A stretch of 64,000 nucleotides of DNA from a virus. The stretch lies in the IMG/VR virus record IMGVR_UViG_3300008261_000042. The stretch is one strand, 5' to 3'. The translations under genes and the position numbers were made by a program. The notes beneath the pieces are model-generated. The model had not been told where the DNA came from. It searched no databases and saw only the letters and a list, made by a program, of their open reading frames with translations. How positions within the stretch are numbered: position 1 is the first letter of the stretch; each line of letters opens with the position of its first letter. Below are positions 39,721-49,874 of this stretch, one piece after another.

Positions 39721-42700
39721 ATGAGTTTTCAGTTTAATTCCGATAGGGAACAAATTAGAGCTATTAATCCTTCTTTAATTGGTAGTAATGAATTAACAAT
39801 TCGTTCTGGATCTGGATCAAACGAAAAAGAAATCCTGCGAGCACAACTAGATGCGAATACGACACTCCCTAGAGTCGGCATCAATAGAACTGGTAATAGA
39901 ATAGATAGAATTCAAGTAACTAATGGGGGTTCTGGATATACTTTACAGCCAACAGTTACTTTATCTGCCCCCCCTAATGGAGGAATACAAGCACTAGCTT
40001 CAGCAGTAATTAGTGATGGTAGTGTAGTAGCAGTTCTAATTGATAATATTGGAGGTGGTTACGAAACAGCTCCTTCAGTAACTATTACTGGAGGTAATGG
40101 AAATGGAGCTACTGCAGTTGCTTATTTGGATACAGTAGATTTTGAGTTAGATATTAATGGTGCAATCAGAACATCGACCTCTATCATTTCCGATACTGCA
40201 AGAATTTTAAACCTAGATATTGATAATTTTGTTACTCCAGATGCTCAATTTAGAGCACCAAATTTAAAAACATATTTAAATAGTGGAGGAACTCCTTGGT
40301 CTAGTAATGTTATTATCCAAGAAGGTCAATATAGATACCACAATACTAATGTATACCAGGCATTAAATACAGGAACTACTGGAACTACTCCACCACAACA
40401 TACCGATGGCATTGTATTAAATGGTGAAGTTAGATTTAAACATATTGGTATTAGAGCTAATGATGTAAATCAACCTTATTTTAATGAAGGTGGTCAATCT
40501 GGAGTATTTCCTAGGTCAATAACTCCACAGTTTGGCGATAGATCCGACAAGATTGCTACTACAGAATATGTTTTAAATCTAGCTACAAATGATGTTGGTG
40601 GTAGAGTTTATGTTTCTGAACAAATTGGTAGTGATTTAAATGATGGTCGTTCTGCTGTTAATCCAGTTAGAACAATTAAAAAAGCGGCACAAATTGCATG
40701 GACAACTCCTGGTGTAAAAGAAACTATTATTGTTTCTGGCGGTGATTATGTAGAAGATAACCCAATTTCACTTCCACCAGATGCTTCTGTTGTTGGTGAT
40801 AACCTTCGTCTTGTTATCATCAGACCAAACAATCCAAGAAAACACATCTTTAAGTTTGGAGATAAGAACTATGTAACTGGTGTTACTTATAGAGATAAGA
40901 TCGATTCTAATGGTGATCCAGTTGCTACTTGGGATTACGCTATGGTCTTTGATGACAAACAGCGTATCGAAATTGATTACACAGCAAATGGAGATTTTGG
41001 AACTGATTTCCCCGTAGGTCATCAAATTTTTGGTCCAGAAAAATTCCGTTCAACATATCAAACAAATACTGGTTTATCACAATTAACATCAGGCCAAAGG
41101 GTTAAAGGTGTTAATACTGGTGCTATTGGTTTATTAACTGATGTAACTTTTAATAGAATCACTGGTGCTGATGCTTATGTAAATGGATCTGTTGATTTTA
41201 GTATTATTAGTGGTAGTTTTAATGCTGGAGAAACATTTCAATATGGTGGTATTGGAGTAGTTCAATTTGCTCAAAATACTGCATACACATTAGGTCAACT
41301 TGTGTGGACTGGTGATAATGTATATACTATTACTGTTGCGGGTATTTCTGGTTCATCTGCACCTTCACATACTTCAGGAGCAATTACAAATGGTAGTGCT
41401 GAATTCACTTTCCTAAGGGAAGCATATGAATTTATTTCGACAGATATTCGTTCCATTAGAGCAGAAGGAGAAGTAGTATTTACTGATTATGATATAACAA
41501 CTGCTTTACCTATCGTAAGAATTGATTTTTCAAAACAAGGCGATCCATCCGTAGCCACTGGCGGTTTTGGTGACTATGGAACTCCAGAAGATCTTGGTGG
41601 TATTGTTTTCTACACTAATGCTCTTGTTGGTAGACAAAATACTCATAATTTTAAAGAAGGTCAAGAAATTTTAATTTCTAATCTTCCAACATCATCTCCT
41701 GATCTTTCTTTCTTAAATGGCAAGCAAAGAATTTACAAAGTTTTAGAAGATGCAGATGGAAGAACTAGAAGATTTGTTATTCCAAAAAAGACTACAGTAA
41801 CTATAGATTCAAATTTTGATCCTGGTCAATTTGCTAGTGTAAGATCATATTCCAGATCAGTAACTCTTTCATTACTAAACTCCCCAAATAAGTTTCCTGT
41901 AGCAACTCCAGTAGCTAGAAGATATCAGGATGCTTGCTTGCAAATCAGAAACAATATTGATTTTATTGCTGATGAAGTTGTAAGAAAAATCAATGATCAA
42001 TTTAAACAAGAATATTTTAGTGTTTATGGTATTAGTGGGGTAGAGTTTAAAATTTATCTTGGACCATCGAGATTTATCCACACTTATGTAAGTGGAGGTA
42101 CAGTAAGATTCAATAATACTAATTATAATATTACAAATTTTGTTTATGATAATGTGGTAACTGGAGAGGCTACTATCACAACATCTATTCCAGTTGCTTC
42201 ATTAACAGAAGATAGTATAGTAAAACTTTCTGGAATTGTTGTAGAATGTGATATTGATGGCGTTACAACACAAAAAGTATACCCAAGTTTTAATATTCCA
42301 GTTAGTGATTCCAAGTGCCGTAGAGATATTGGTCACTTCTTAAATGCTGTTTGTAGAGATTTAGAATTTGGTAGTAATTATAATATTATTAATGCAGCCA
42401 AAAAATATATCTCTGCTGGCCAAATTGACCTTGTAGATTATGAAATTACTCAAACAATTCGTGCTATTGAGTATGCCAGAGAATTAGCAATTTATGCAAT
42501 GAGGAAGTGGAGGACTGGTAATGGTACTCCATCAGATCCAGTTTATGTTCCTCAGTATTCTTCTTTACAAAGATACACAGACCCAACCGTAATTGATGAT
42601 ATTTCTTCTCCTGCTTGTGCCAACGTAGCATCAGCTATCAACACTTTATCGTATCTATTTGTAGATGTATTAGCAAACGGTGCTTCTGGCACTTCATTAG

Positions 42701-45700
42701 ATGCTGCTTATCTTATTGCTAGAAATAGAGATTTTATTGCTGATGAAGCATACGGAAAAACTAAAGCACTATATCCATCATTGAATCTTTCAAATATCAA
42801 TGAAAGAAAGTGCCGTAGAGATATTAATTTTATTATTAGTGGATTAATAAGAGACATAATTCTTGGTGGTAATGCTGGTATTGTAACTGCTGTAGAATCA
42901 TATTTTAGTGGTTCTGTATTAACTGGCATTCCCGAGGCACAAAGAGATGAAACTATCTATGCTTTCAATCAAGTAAGAGATCTTTGTATCCTTGCTATGA
43001 GAAATTGGAAGACTGGAACTAATGGCACTGGATCTGTTTATACTCCATTGCATACACCAATTCCATTATTTACAGATAATACAATTTTAATTGATCCAAA
43101 TGTAAATAAATGCGCCACTATAGTTTCAAATATCACAACATCATTTGCGTTGCTTGAAGATATTTTAGATGGAACTATTTCTCCTGGAGCAACAACAAAA
43201 ACATTTGGTACATTATTTGATACTGTAAATATCGTAACTTACCCAGATAGCGTAATTTATGATGCAGATGGAGTTGTTTATACTCCACGTTCTGACTATG
43301 ATGACTATCCAATTATTGAAGCGTCTCCATACACACAGAACGCATCTGTAATTTCATTCCTTGGTGGCGGTGGTGCTCTTATTGATGGTTCCAAAGTCAA
43401 GCAACCAAACTGTCCTTTCCCTGGTCTAGAACTTGATGGTTCTGCAACCTTCCCGAATCAGGGTAAATCGATGGTTGCCGCTGCATTCACTATCGTATCT
43501 TTTGGTGGTACTGGTTATAAAATTATCAACGATGGTTATGTTCAGCTTGTTTCTGTATTCGTTATCTTCTGTGCTGATGGTGTTCTTGCAGAATCTGGTG
43601 GATATGCTTCAATTACTAACTCAGCTACAAACTTTGGTATCTTTGCGTTAAGAGCAAGAGGATACAATGATTTTGCTTACTCATTTGACGTTGGCACTAT
43701 TACTAACGTGTCATCAACACCAACTGGAAGAACAATATTTACTGTTGATGGTCTTGGAAGAGAGCCACTTGAGCATTATGTTGTAAAAATTGATGGTTAT
43801 GAAAATGTAAATCCAGATATTGAATACTTTATTGATACTGTTGGTGCAGTTACTGTTGGTCCTCCTTTCTCTGCTCAAATTACCATTGAGTCTGGATCTG
43901 GAGGAGGAGCAGAATTTAAGTCAATTTCTACTGGCCAAGCTGTATCATCTTCTACATTAACTGGGAAAACAATTAGATTACATAGACCATCTATTGTTAA
44001 CTCTTCCTCACATACTTGGGAATTTGCTGGTTCTGGTACAAATTATAATGCTCTACCAGAAAATGGTGGTGTTAAAATTGAAGCATACGAACAAGTATCT
44101 CAAGACTACGGGCGTGTTTATGTTTCTGGTACTGATGAACTTGGTGACTTCAAGGTTGGTACATTTGCTCGTATTGAAAACAGAACTGGTAATATTACTT
44201 TCACTGGTACAGTTACCATTTCGGAAGTTGAATTCCTTAAGTTAAAAGGTGGCGACGTTGTTGTTACTGGTTTCGATGCTTCAAATACTCTTGGAGGTGC
44301 TAATTCAACTGACTCTAAACTACCAACTCAGAAGGCAGTTAGAGACTATATTACTAATAACTTAGGCCCATACATCAACAAGCCATATTCAACAAATGCT
44401 GTTCCTAGAGCACTTGTTGAACTGACAGATTCTGGCAAGATTTCAATTGATCAGATTCCACCACTAAGACCATTTAGTGTATTTACAGTTCCAGACCAAA
44501 CATCTCGTCTTGCTATTGAAGGAGCACTTGCTGGTGATATTGCGATTCAGCAAGATACTTCAACTTCTTACATTCTCAATAATGATAATGGAAGTTTATT
44601 CGTATCATTTAATATAGATCCAACTTTACAATTTACTACTAATGATGTATTTACTGGTAGTATTTCTGGAGGAAAAATTCAGGCAACTGAATATAGACAG
44701 GGAGTTGTTTATCAAATTAATTTAACTGACCCAGGATCTGGATATACTACAACTCCAGTTATAACTATTACTGGAGGAAATCCACAAGCAGGTGCTATTC
44801 AAGCAGCAGCTACTTGTACAATTGCTAATGGTCAAGTTGTTACTGTTAAAATAGTATCGTTTAATGGATTGATCGGCGGTAAAGGATACACAACTCCTCC
44901 AACTGTTACTTTCTCTGCTCCATCTGGTGCTGGCACACAAGCAACTGGTGTAGCATTAATTGAAAGTAGATTATACGGAGATATCGTCAATAATATTAAA
45001 ATGGGAGAGGCTGATACAATTCAGTCAAGTGATATTCCAGCAGAAACTATTGAAATCAATAGAGTTGTAAATACCTCTGCTTCTAATAATAATAACTGGG
45101 TATCGCTTTCAACAAATCAAATTGCTGCTTCTGATATCACATCTGGGGTTATTGCTACTTCTAGACTTGCTAATAACTCAGATGCTGCAAACTCTTTCTC
45201 ATTCTTGAGAGGTGACCAAGCATATGCTCCAGTAGTTCAATCAATTAAAGGAGCAGAGAATAGATATTTTGCCAAATTATATTCACAAGCATCTAGTGGT
45301 TCTTCTCAATTATTATTTACAACAAATTCAAATACTTTAGTTGGTCATACAGTTGTAAATAATCTTACTGGTATTCAAGCAAATACTAGTATCAATGGTG
45401 TTATAACTTCTGGTGGTATTACCACAGTATCATTAAACAATCCATTAACATCTACAATAGCAGCTGGAACTATTATTGAATTTGAAAGAGGTGCTTCACC
45501 ACTTGTATTTGAATCTTCATTTACTCAAGGTGGATTTGTTGATAGTATTGTTATTGCTAGTGGTGGTTCTGGATTTACTAATGGTCAGTATTTTGATGTA
45601 CCACTAACTGGTGGTTCTGGAACAGGTTTAAGATCTAATATTATTGTTTCTAATGGAATTGTAACAGAGCTTACTGTAACTAACTCTGGTGCTGGATATA

Positions 45701-48351
45701 CTGCAGATTTTAATGTTTCTTCTGCTCCAGCAGAACTTGGTGGTGGATCTGGTTTAGTTTTAGCTGCAAAAGTCAGTACTGTAAACAGACAGTATGCTAA
45801 TACCTCTCTCGATATTCAAAGAGTTACTGACCTCACAATTTCGGCAGATGAATTTGGTACTATTGGTGTTGCTAGATTCAGAAAATCTCAGTTCCTAATC
45901 GGTCAATCAGGTAATGGTTCGGTTGTTTTAAAGACTGGAGCAGATAGTGGATTAGATGCTGACTTGTTAGATGGCGCTCAAGGTTCTTACTATCTTAATG
46001 CTTCTAACTTAAACGCTGGAACAGTATCAGTAGATAGACTTTCAGGTACTTACAATATTAGTATTTCTGGTCAGTCTGGTAATACAATCCGTGTTATCAC
46101 AAATACTTCAAACCCAACTTCAAATCCATCTCCAAATGCATTCTCAACTGGTATTGTTGCAGATACAAGAAATAATGTTTCTAATGGATTATCTGATGGA
46201 GGAACCAAAAATTTAGTTCTTACATTAAGACCAGGAGGATCAGGATTTACTGTAGATGGTGGTGTTAAACAATTAGCATTTACTGATAATGATAATATGT
46301 GGTTACGTGGTTCTGGAACCAACGTAGATGCATTTGGTTCTTGGGCTAAAGTTTGGACTTCCTTAAATGATGGCCCTGGAACTGGACTAGATGCTGATAG
46401 ATTAGACAATAGACAAGGAACATGGTATCAAAATGCACTTAATGTTAATTTTGGAACTTTAAGTGATAATAGATTACCATCATATCAATCTAGAAAAGAT
46501 TTCCAAGATTCAATTAGAGTATTATCATTTACTGGTCAACCAAGATATAGAATTTTCATCCCAGATGAAATTCTAACATCAACTCCATTCCTTCCTGGTT
46601 TAACAGTTAACTTATATAATTCAAATGATCAAGGTACTGGTGTAATTTCTATTACTAATGTAGAAATTAATAATGATACAAATGATGTATTTAATAATTA
46701 CACCATTATCACTGGTACTTTAACTACTGGTAATTTTGTAGGTGCTGTTACTATTGGTACAGCAAGTAATAAAAAAGCATTTAGAGATTTTAGTATTGCT
46801 ACTCTTGATGCAAATGCAGATGGTATACCAGACGGAACTTTTGTTGCTGCTGCTTTAGAAAGTGATGGAGGAACAGCTAATTTAAGACTTGGAAGAAAAG
46901 ATGGACAAGCATCTTCTCCTGGATTATATTTTAACTCATCTCAATTAGCTGCATCTTACAATGCTGCTATCGTTGCTACAGGTGGTAATGGATCAACTGG
47001 AAGCGGAACTCTTGATGTCAAAGTTTTAAATGCTGACGGATTTACTTTAAATGGAAATACTATTTGGAATGCTGGTAATGTAACATTCAATAGTACTAAT
47101 GTAGTATCAACTGCTGTTATTCGTGATGCTTCTGGTAATTTTGCTGCGGGAACAATCACAGCAAATCTAACTGGTGCTGCTTCTCAAAACGTACTTAAAG
47201 CTGGCGATACCATGACTGGTTCGCTAACTCTTACTGGTGCTGGAAGCAACTTCAGTGTATCTGGAACTTCTGGATTTGTTGGTAATGTTACTATGAGTGG
47301 TAACTTAACAGTTGATACAAATACTTTATTTGTTGACTCCACTAATGATAGTGTTGGAATTGGAACTATATCACAATCAAACCAATCAAAACTTCATGTA
47401 CAAGGTAATCATGTCAGTGGTCATTCCATCATAAAAGTACAAAGGAATAATTCTGATGTAAGTTCAATTGGATTTTATTCACAGTCTTCTGTGAGAGATG
47501 CTTTAATATATTCCAACAATAGTGCTCAATTATTCCTAGAAACTGCTGGTGCTGGAGCTAGTATCCTTCTCGCTCCAAATGGATCTACACGTTTAACTCT
47601 TCTTGCTACAGGGGAAGTTGGAGTAAGTAGATCCCCAGCATCTGGATATGCTTTAGATGTATCTGGTAAGGGTAGATTCTCTACATCTATGGAAATTCGT
47701 GATGCTTCTGATAATTCTGGAGCATCGATGTTATTCCTTGGTGCTAGTGGCTTTAGAAATTTCAGAATTGGCAATCAACTCAATGCTAATGATGTATTTG
47801 AAATTACTCCATCTACTGCAAACGGAGGAACAACTTGGGGTACAACTCCAGCATTAGCAATTCAAGGTGCGAATAATAGAGTTGCAATTAATACCTCAAA
47901 CTTCTCTGGTACTGATACATCAGTAAGTCCAAATGTAACTAGAAATTATAATTTAAATATCCAAGGTGATATCAATATCAATGGTAACGTATTCCAAAAT
48001 AATGCAGCATTTGTAACTTCTAGATGGACACAAGCAACAAATCAACTAGATATCTATAGATTATCTAAAGTTGGTATAAATAAAGCTAATCCAGATTATA
48101 CATTACATGTTTCTGGAACTATAAATTTTGAAGGATCTTCTTTCACTTCACAAGCAAATACAAGTGTTCTTTATGTAAATGGTGATAGACAATATATTGA
48201 TACTTATGGGGTATTTAAAACAAATAGAAATACCGTAAATGAAGATATAACTATTCCTTCAAATACAAATGCTATGAGTGCTGGTCCTATCACTATAAAT
48301 AGTGGAAGGATAATAACAATTGCATCAGGAGCCTCATGGTCTGTAGTTTAA
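39721..48351 (+). CDS. long tail fibre protein
   Basis: GSGYT..P.V repeats; SGLDADLLDG/GLDADRLD fibre motifs; C-terminal NAMSAGPITI...WSVV; CTAAATA at 39673. Confidence 0.85.
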   Translation: MSFQFNSDREQIRAINPSLIGSNELTIRSGSGSNEKEILRAQLDANTTLPRVGINRTGNRIDRIQVTNGGSGYTLQPTVTLSAPPNGGIQALASAVISDGSVVAVLIDNIGGGYETAPSVTITGGNGNGATAVAYLDTVDFELDINGAIRTSTSIISDTARILNLDIDNFVTPDAQFRAPNLKTYLNSGGTPWSSNVIIQEGQYRYHNTNVYQALNTGTTGTTPPQHTDGIVLNGEVRFKHIGIRANDVNQPYFNEGGQSGVFPRSITPQFGDRSDKIATTEYVLNLATNDVGGRVYVSEQIGSDLNDGRSAVNPVRTIKKAAQIAWTTPGVKETIIVSGGDYVEDNPISLPPDASVVGDNLRLVIIRPNNPRKHIFKFGDKNYVTGVTYRDKIDSNGDPVATWDYAMVFDDKQRIEIDYTANGDFGTDFPVGHQIFGPEKFRSTYQTNTGLSQLTSGQRVKGVNTGAIGLLTDVTFNRITGADAYVNGSVDFSIISGSFNAGETFQYGGIGVVQFAQNTAYTLGQLVWTGDNVYTITVAGISGSSAPSHTSGAITNGSAEFTFLREAYEFISTDIRSIRAEGEVVFTDYDITTALPIVRIDFSKQGDPSVATGGFGDYGTPEDLGGIVFYTNALVGRQNTHNFKEGQEILISNLPTSSPDLSFLNGKQRIYKVLEDADGRTRRFVIPKKTTVTIDSNFDPGQFASVRSYSRSVTLSLLNSPNKFPVATPVARRYQDACLQIRNNIDFIADEVVRKINDQFKQEYFSVYGISGVEFKIYLGPSRFIHTYVSGGTVRFNNTNYNITNFVYDNVVTGEATITTSIPVASLTEDSIVKLSGIVVECDIDGVTTQKVYPSFNIPVSDSKCRRDIGHFLNAVCRDLEFGSNYNIINAAKKYISAGQIDLVDYEITQTIRAIEYARELAIYAMRKWRTGNGTPSDPVYVPQYSSLQRYTDPTVIDDISSPACANVASAINTLSYLFVDVLANGASGTSLDAAYLIARNRDFIADEAYGKTKALYPSLNLSNINERKCRRDINFIISGLIRDIILGGNAGIVTAVESYFSGSVLTGIPEAQRDETIYAFNQVRDLCILAMRNWKTGTNGTGSVYTPLHTPIPLFTDNTILIDPNVNKCATIVSNITTSFALLEDILDGTISPGATTKTFGTLFDTVNIVTYPDSVIYDADGVVYTPRSDYDDYPIIEASPYTQNASVISFLGGGGALIDGSKVKQPNCPFPGLELDGSATFPNQGKSMVAAAFTIVSFGGTGYKIINDGYVQLVSVFVIFCADGVLAESGGYASITNSATNFGIFALRARGYNDFAYSFDVGTITNVSSTPTGRTIFTVDGLGREPLEHYVVKIDGYENVNPDIEYFIDTVGAVTVGPPFSAQITIESGSGGGAEFKSISTGQAVSSSTLTGKTIRLHRPSIVNSSSHTWEFAGSGTNYNALPENGGVKIEAYEQVSQDYGRVYVSGTDELGDFKVGTFARIENRTGNITFTGTVTISEVEFLKLKGGDVVVTGFDASNTLGGANSTDSKLPTQKAVRDYITNNLGPYINKPYSTNAVPRALVELTDSGKISIDQIPPLRPFSVFTVPDQTSRLAIEGALAGDIAIQQDTSTSYILNNDNGSLFVSFNIDPTLQFTTNDVFTGSISGGKIQATEYRQGVVYQINLTDPGSGYTTTPVITITGGNPQAGAIQAAATCTIANGQVVTVKIVSFNGLIGGKGYTTPPTVTFSAPSGAGTQATGVALIESRLYGDIVNNIKMGEADTIQSSDIPAETIEINRVVNTSASNNNNWVSLSTNQIAASDITSGVIATSRLANNSDAANSFSFLRGDQAYAPVVQSIKGAENRYFAKLYSQASSGSSQLLFTTNSNTLVGHTVVNNLTGIQANTSINGVITSGGITTVSLNNPLTSTIAAGTIIEFERGASPLVFESSFTQGGFVDSIVIASGGSGFTNGQYFDVPLTGGSGTGLRSNIIVSNGIVTELTVTNSGAGYTADFNVSSAPAELGGGSGLVLAAKVSTVNRQYANTSLDIQRVTDLTISADEFGTIGVARFRKSQFLIGQSGNGSVVLKTGADSGLDADLLDGAQGSYYLNASNLNAGTVSVDRLSGTYNISISGQSGNTIRVITNTSNPTSNPSPNAFSTGIVADTRNNVSNGLSDGGTKNLVLTLRPGGSGFTVDGGVKQLAFTDNDNMWLRGSGTNVDAFGSWAKVWTSLNDGPGTGLDADRLDNRQGTWYQNALNVNFGTLSDNRLPSYQSRKDFQDSIRVLSFTGQPRYRIFIPDEILTSTPFLPGLTVNLYNSNDQGTGVISITNVEINNDTNDVFNNYTIITGTLTTGNFVGAVTIGTASNKKAFRDFSIATLDANADGIPDGTFVAAALESDGGTANLRLGRKDGQASSPGLYFNSSQLAASYNAAIVATGGNGSTGSGTLDVKVLNADGFTLNGNTIWNAGNVTFNSTNVVSTAVIRDASGNFAAGTITANLTGAASQNVLKAGDTMTGSLTLTGAGSNFSVSGTSGFVGNVTMSGNLTVDTNTLFVDSTNDSVGIGTISQSNQSKLHVQGNHVSGHSIIKVQRNNSDVSSIGFYSQSSVRDALIYSNNSAQLFLETAGAGASILLAPNGSTRLTLLATGEVGVSRSPASGYALDVSGKGRFSTSMEIRDASDNSGASMLFLGASGFRNFRIGNQLNANDVFEITPSTANGGTTWGTTPALAIQGANNRVAINTSNFSGTDTSVSPNVTRNYNLNIQGDININGNVFQNNAAFVTSRWTQATNQLDIYRLSKVGINKANPDYTLHVSGTINFEGSSFTSQANTSVLYVNGDRQYIDTYGVFKTNRNTVNEDITIPSNTNAMSAGPITINSGRIITIASGASWSVV

Positions 48352-48364
48352 TTTATATAGAAAA

Positions 48365-49114
48365 ATGAGTAGCATATTTGTAAATACGATTCAAGCATCT
48401 ACTGGGAATACCGTTACTGTTGCTTCTGGAGTAAGTCTTTCTTTAGGAGGAACGGTATTAAATAGTTCTTCTTTATTGCCAAATCCATCAGGTCAAGCTG
48501 GGAAAATTTTAAAATCAAATGGCTCTTCATTCATTTATGATGTTGCTGGAGTAAAACAAGTTTTAGTTTATACTTCAAATGGAAGTTATACGCCATCTAG
48601 TGGAACTAGACTAGTATACGTTAGATTAGTTGGAGCTGGTGGAGGTGGTTCTGGTTATGGAGAATCTGGAGGTTCTGGTGGTTACGCAGAAGGATTTGTA
48701 GACATGACTGGAGTAAATAATGTAAATATTACTATAGGCACTGGAGGAACTGGGTCATATTATTCTGGTGGTGCTGGTGGAGGAACTACCACATCATTTG
48801 GTTCTTATATGAGTGCTACGGGAGGAAATGGTGCAAATACTTCTCACCAACATTGTGGTGGTCTTCCTGGAGTTGGATCTGGAGGACAATTAGCAATTTA
48901 TGGTGGTGGTGGCACTGGTCATGGATACAATGGTAGAGGTGGAGGAAATTATTTCGGGGGAGCTGGTGCTGCTGGTCATCCACAAGGCGGAAACTTTAAT
49001 CAAAATCATAACAGCCATCAAATCCCAGGAGTTGGTGGTATAAATGGCTGGGCAACTAGTTATCCTGGCAACACTGGGGGTAACGGTATGGTAGTAATCT
49101 GGGAGTACTCATAA
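48365..49114 (+). CDS. glycine-rich fibre-tip or adhesin-like protein, paralog A
   Basis: YTSNGSYTP...LVGAGGGG Gly-rich domain; SHQHCGGLPG; GHPQGG. Confidence 0.75.
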   Translation: MSSIFVNTIQASTGNTVTVASGVSLSLGGTVLNSSSLLPNPSGQAGKILKSNGSSFIYDVAGVKQVLVYTSNGSYTPSSGTRLVYVRLVGAGGGGSGYGESGGSGGYAEGFVDMTGVNNVNITIGTGGTGSYYSGGAGGGTTTSFGSYMSATGGNGANTSHQHCGGLPGVGSGGQLAIYGGGGTGHGYNGRGGGNYFGGAGAAGHPQGGNFNQNHNSHQIPGVGGINGWATSYPGNTGGNGMVVIWEYS

Positions 49115-49872
49115 TGTCAATATTAAAAGTAAACGAAATAAGACCACAATCTGGAACAACAATTACTATTCCTTCTGGACACCAATTAAGTCTAGCAGGA
49201 ACTATTGTAAATTCAAATTCATTTCCTCCAAGTTTTTCTGGGCAAGCAGGAAAATTTTTACAATCTGATGGAACTAATTTAAACTGGCAAAGTTTAGGAC
49301 CAGTTGCTATTAGAACATTTACCGCAAATGGAACTTGGACGAAACCAGCTGGAGTAACTAAAATTCTTGTTCGTGTACAAGGTGGTGGAGGATCTGCATC
49401 TGGCGTAGGAGAAGGTGGAGGAGGTGGAGGATTTTCCGAAAAATTTATTGATGTTACTTCGGTCTCAAGTGTAAATGTCACCGTTGGTCAAGGATCCACT
49501 GCTAGTACGTATTATGCAAATACTGCTGGAGCAGGAACGGCATCTTCGTTCGGTAGTTATGTAACTGCTACTGGAGGAAATGGAGGAAATCAATCACATC
49601 AACATTGTGGTGGTCTTCCTGGCGTTGGGTCAGGAGGAGATTTAAATCTTTATGGTGGAGGTGGATCTGGGCACATGTATTGGTCTGGACCTCCAGGAGG
49701 AAATTCTTTTTATGGCGGTGCTGGAGCTTCTGGTCATCCACAAGGTGGAGATTATGCACATAATCATTCATCTCATGCAGCATTTGGTTGTGGGGGAACT
49801 GCTGGTTATCACACAGAAAGAAGAGGTGCTAATGGAATGCCTGGAGTAGTAGTCGTATACGAATTTGTATAA
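49114..49872 (+). CDS. glycine-rich fibre-tip or adhesin-like protein, paralog B
   Basis: FTANGTWTKPAGV...VQGGGG; same motifs as paralog A. Confidence 0.75.
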   Translation: MSILKVNEIRPQSGTTITIPSGHQLSLAGTIVNSNSFPPSFSGQAGKFLQSDGTNLNWQSLGPVAIRTFTANGTWTKPAGVTKILVRVQGGGGSASGVGEGGGGGGFSEKFIDVTSVSSVNVTVGQGSTASTYYANTAGAGTASSFGSYVTATGGNGGNQSHQHCGGLPGVGSGGDLNLYGGGGSGHMYWSGPPGGNSFYGGAGASGHPQGGDYAHNHSSHAAFGCGGTAGYHTERRGANGMPGVVVVYEFV

Positions 49873-49874
49873 CC

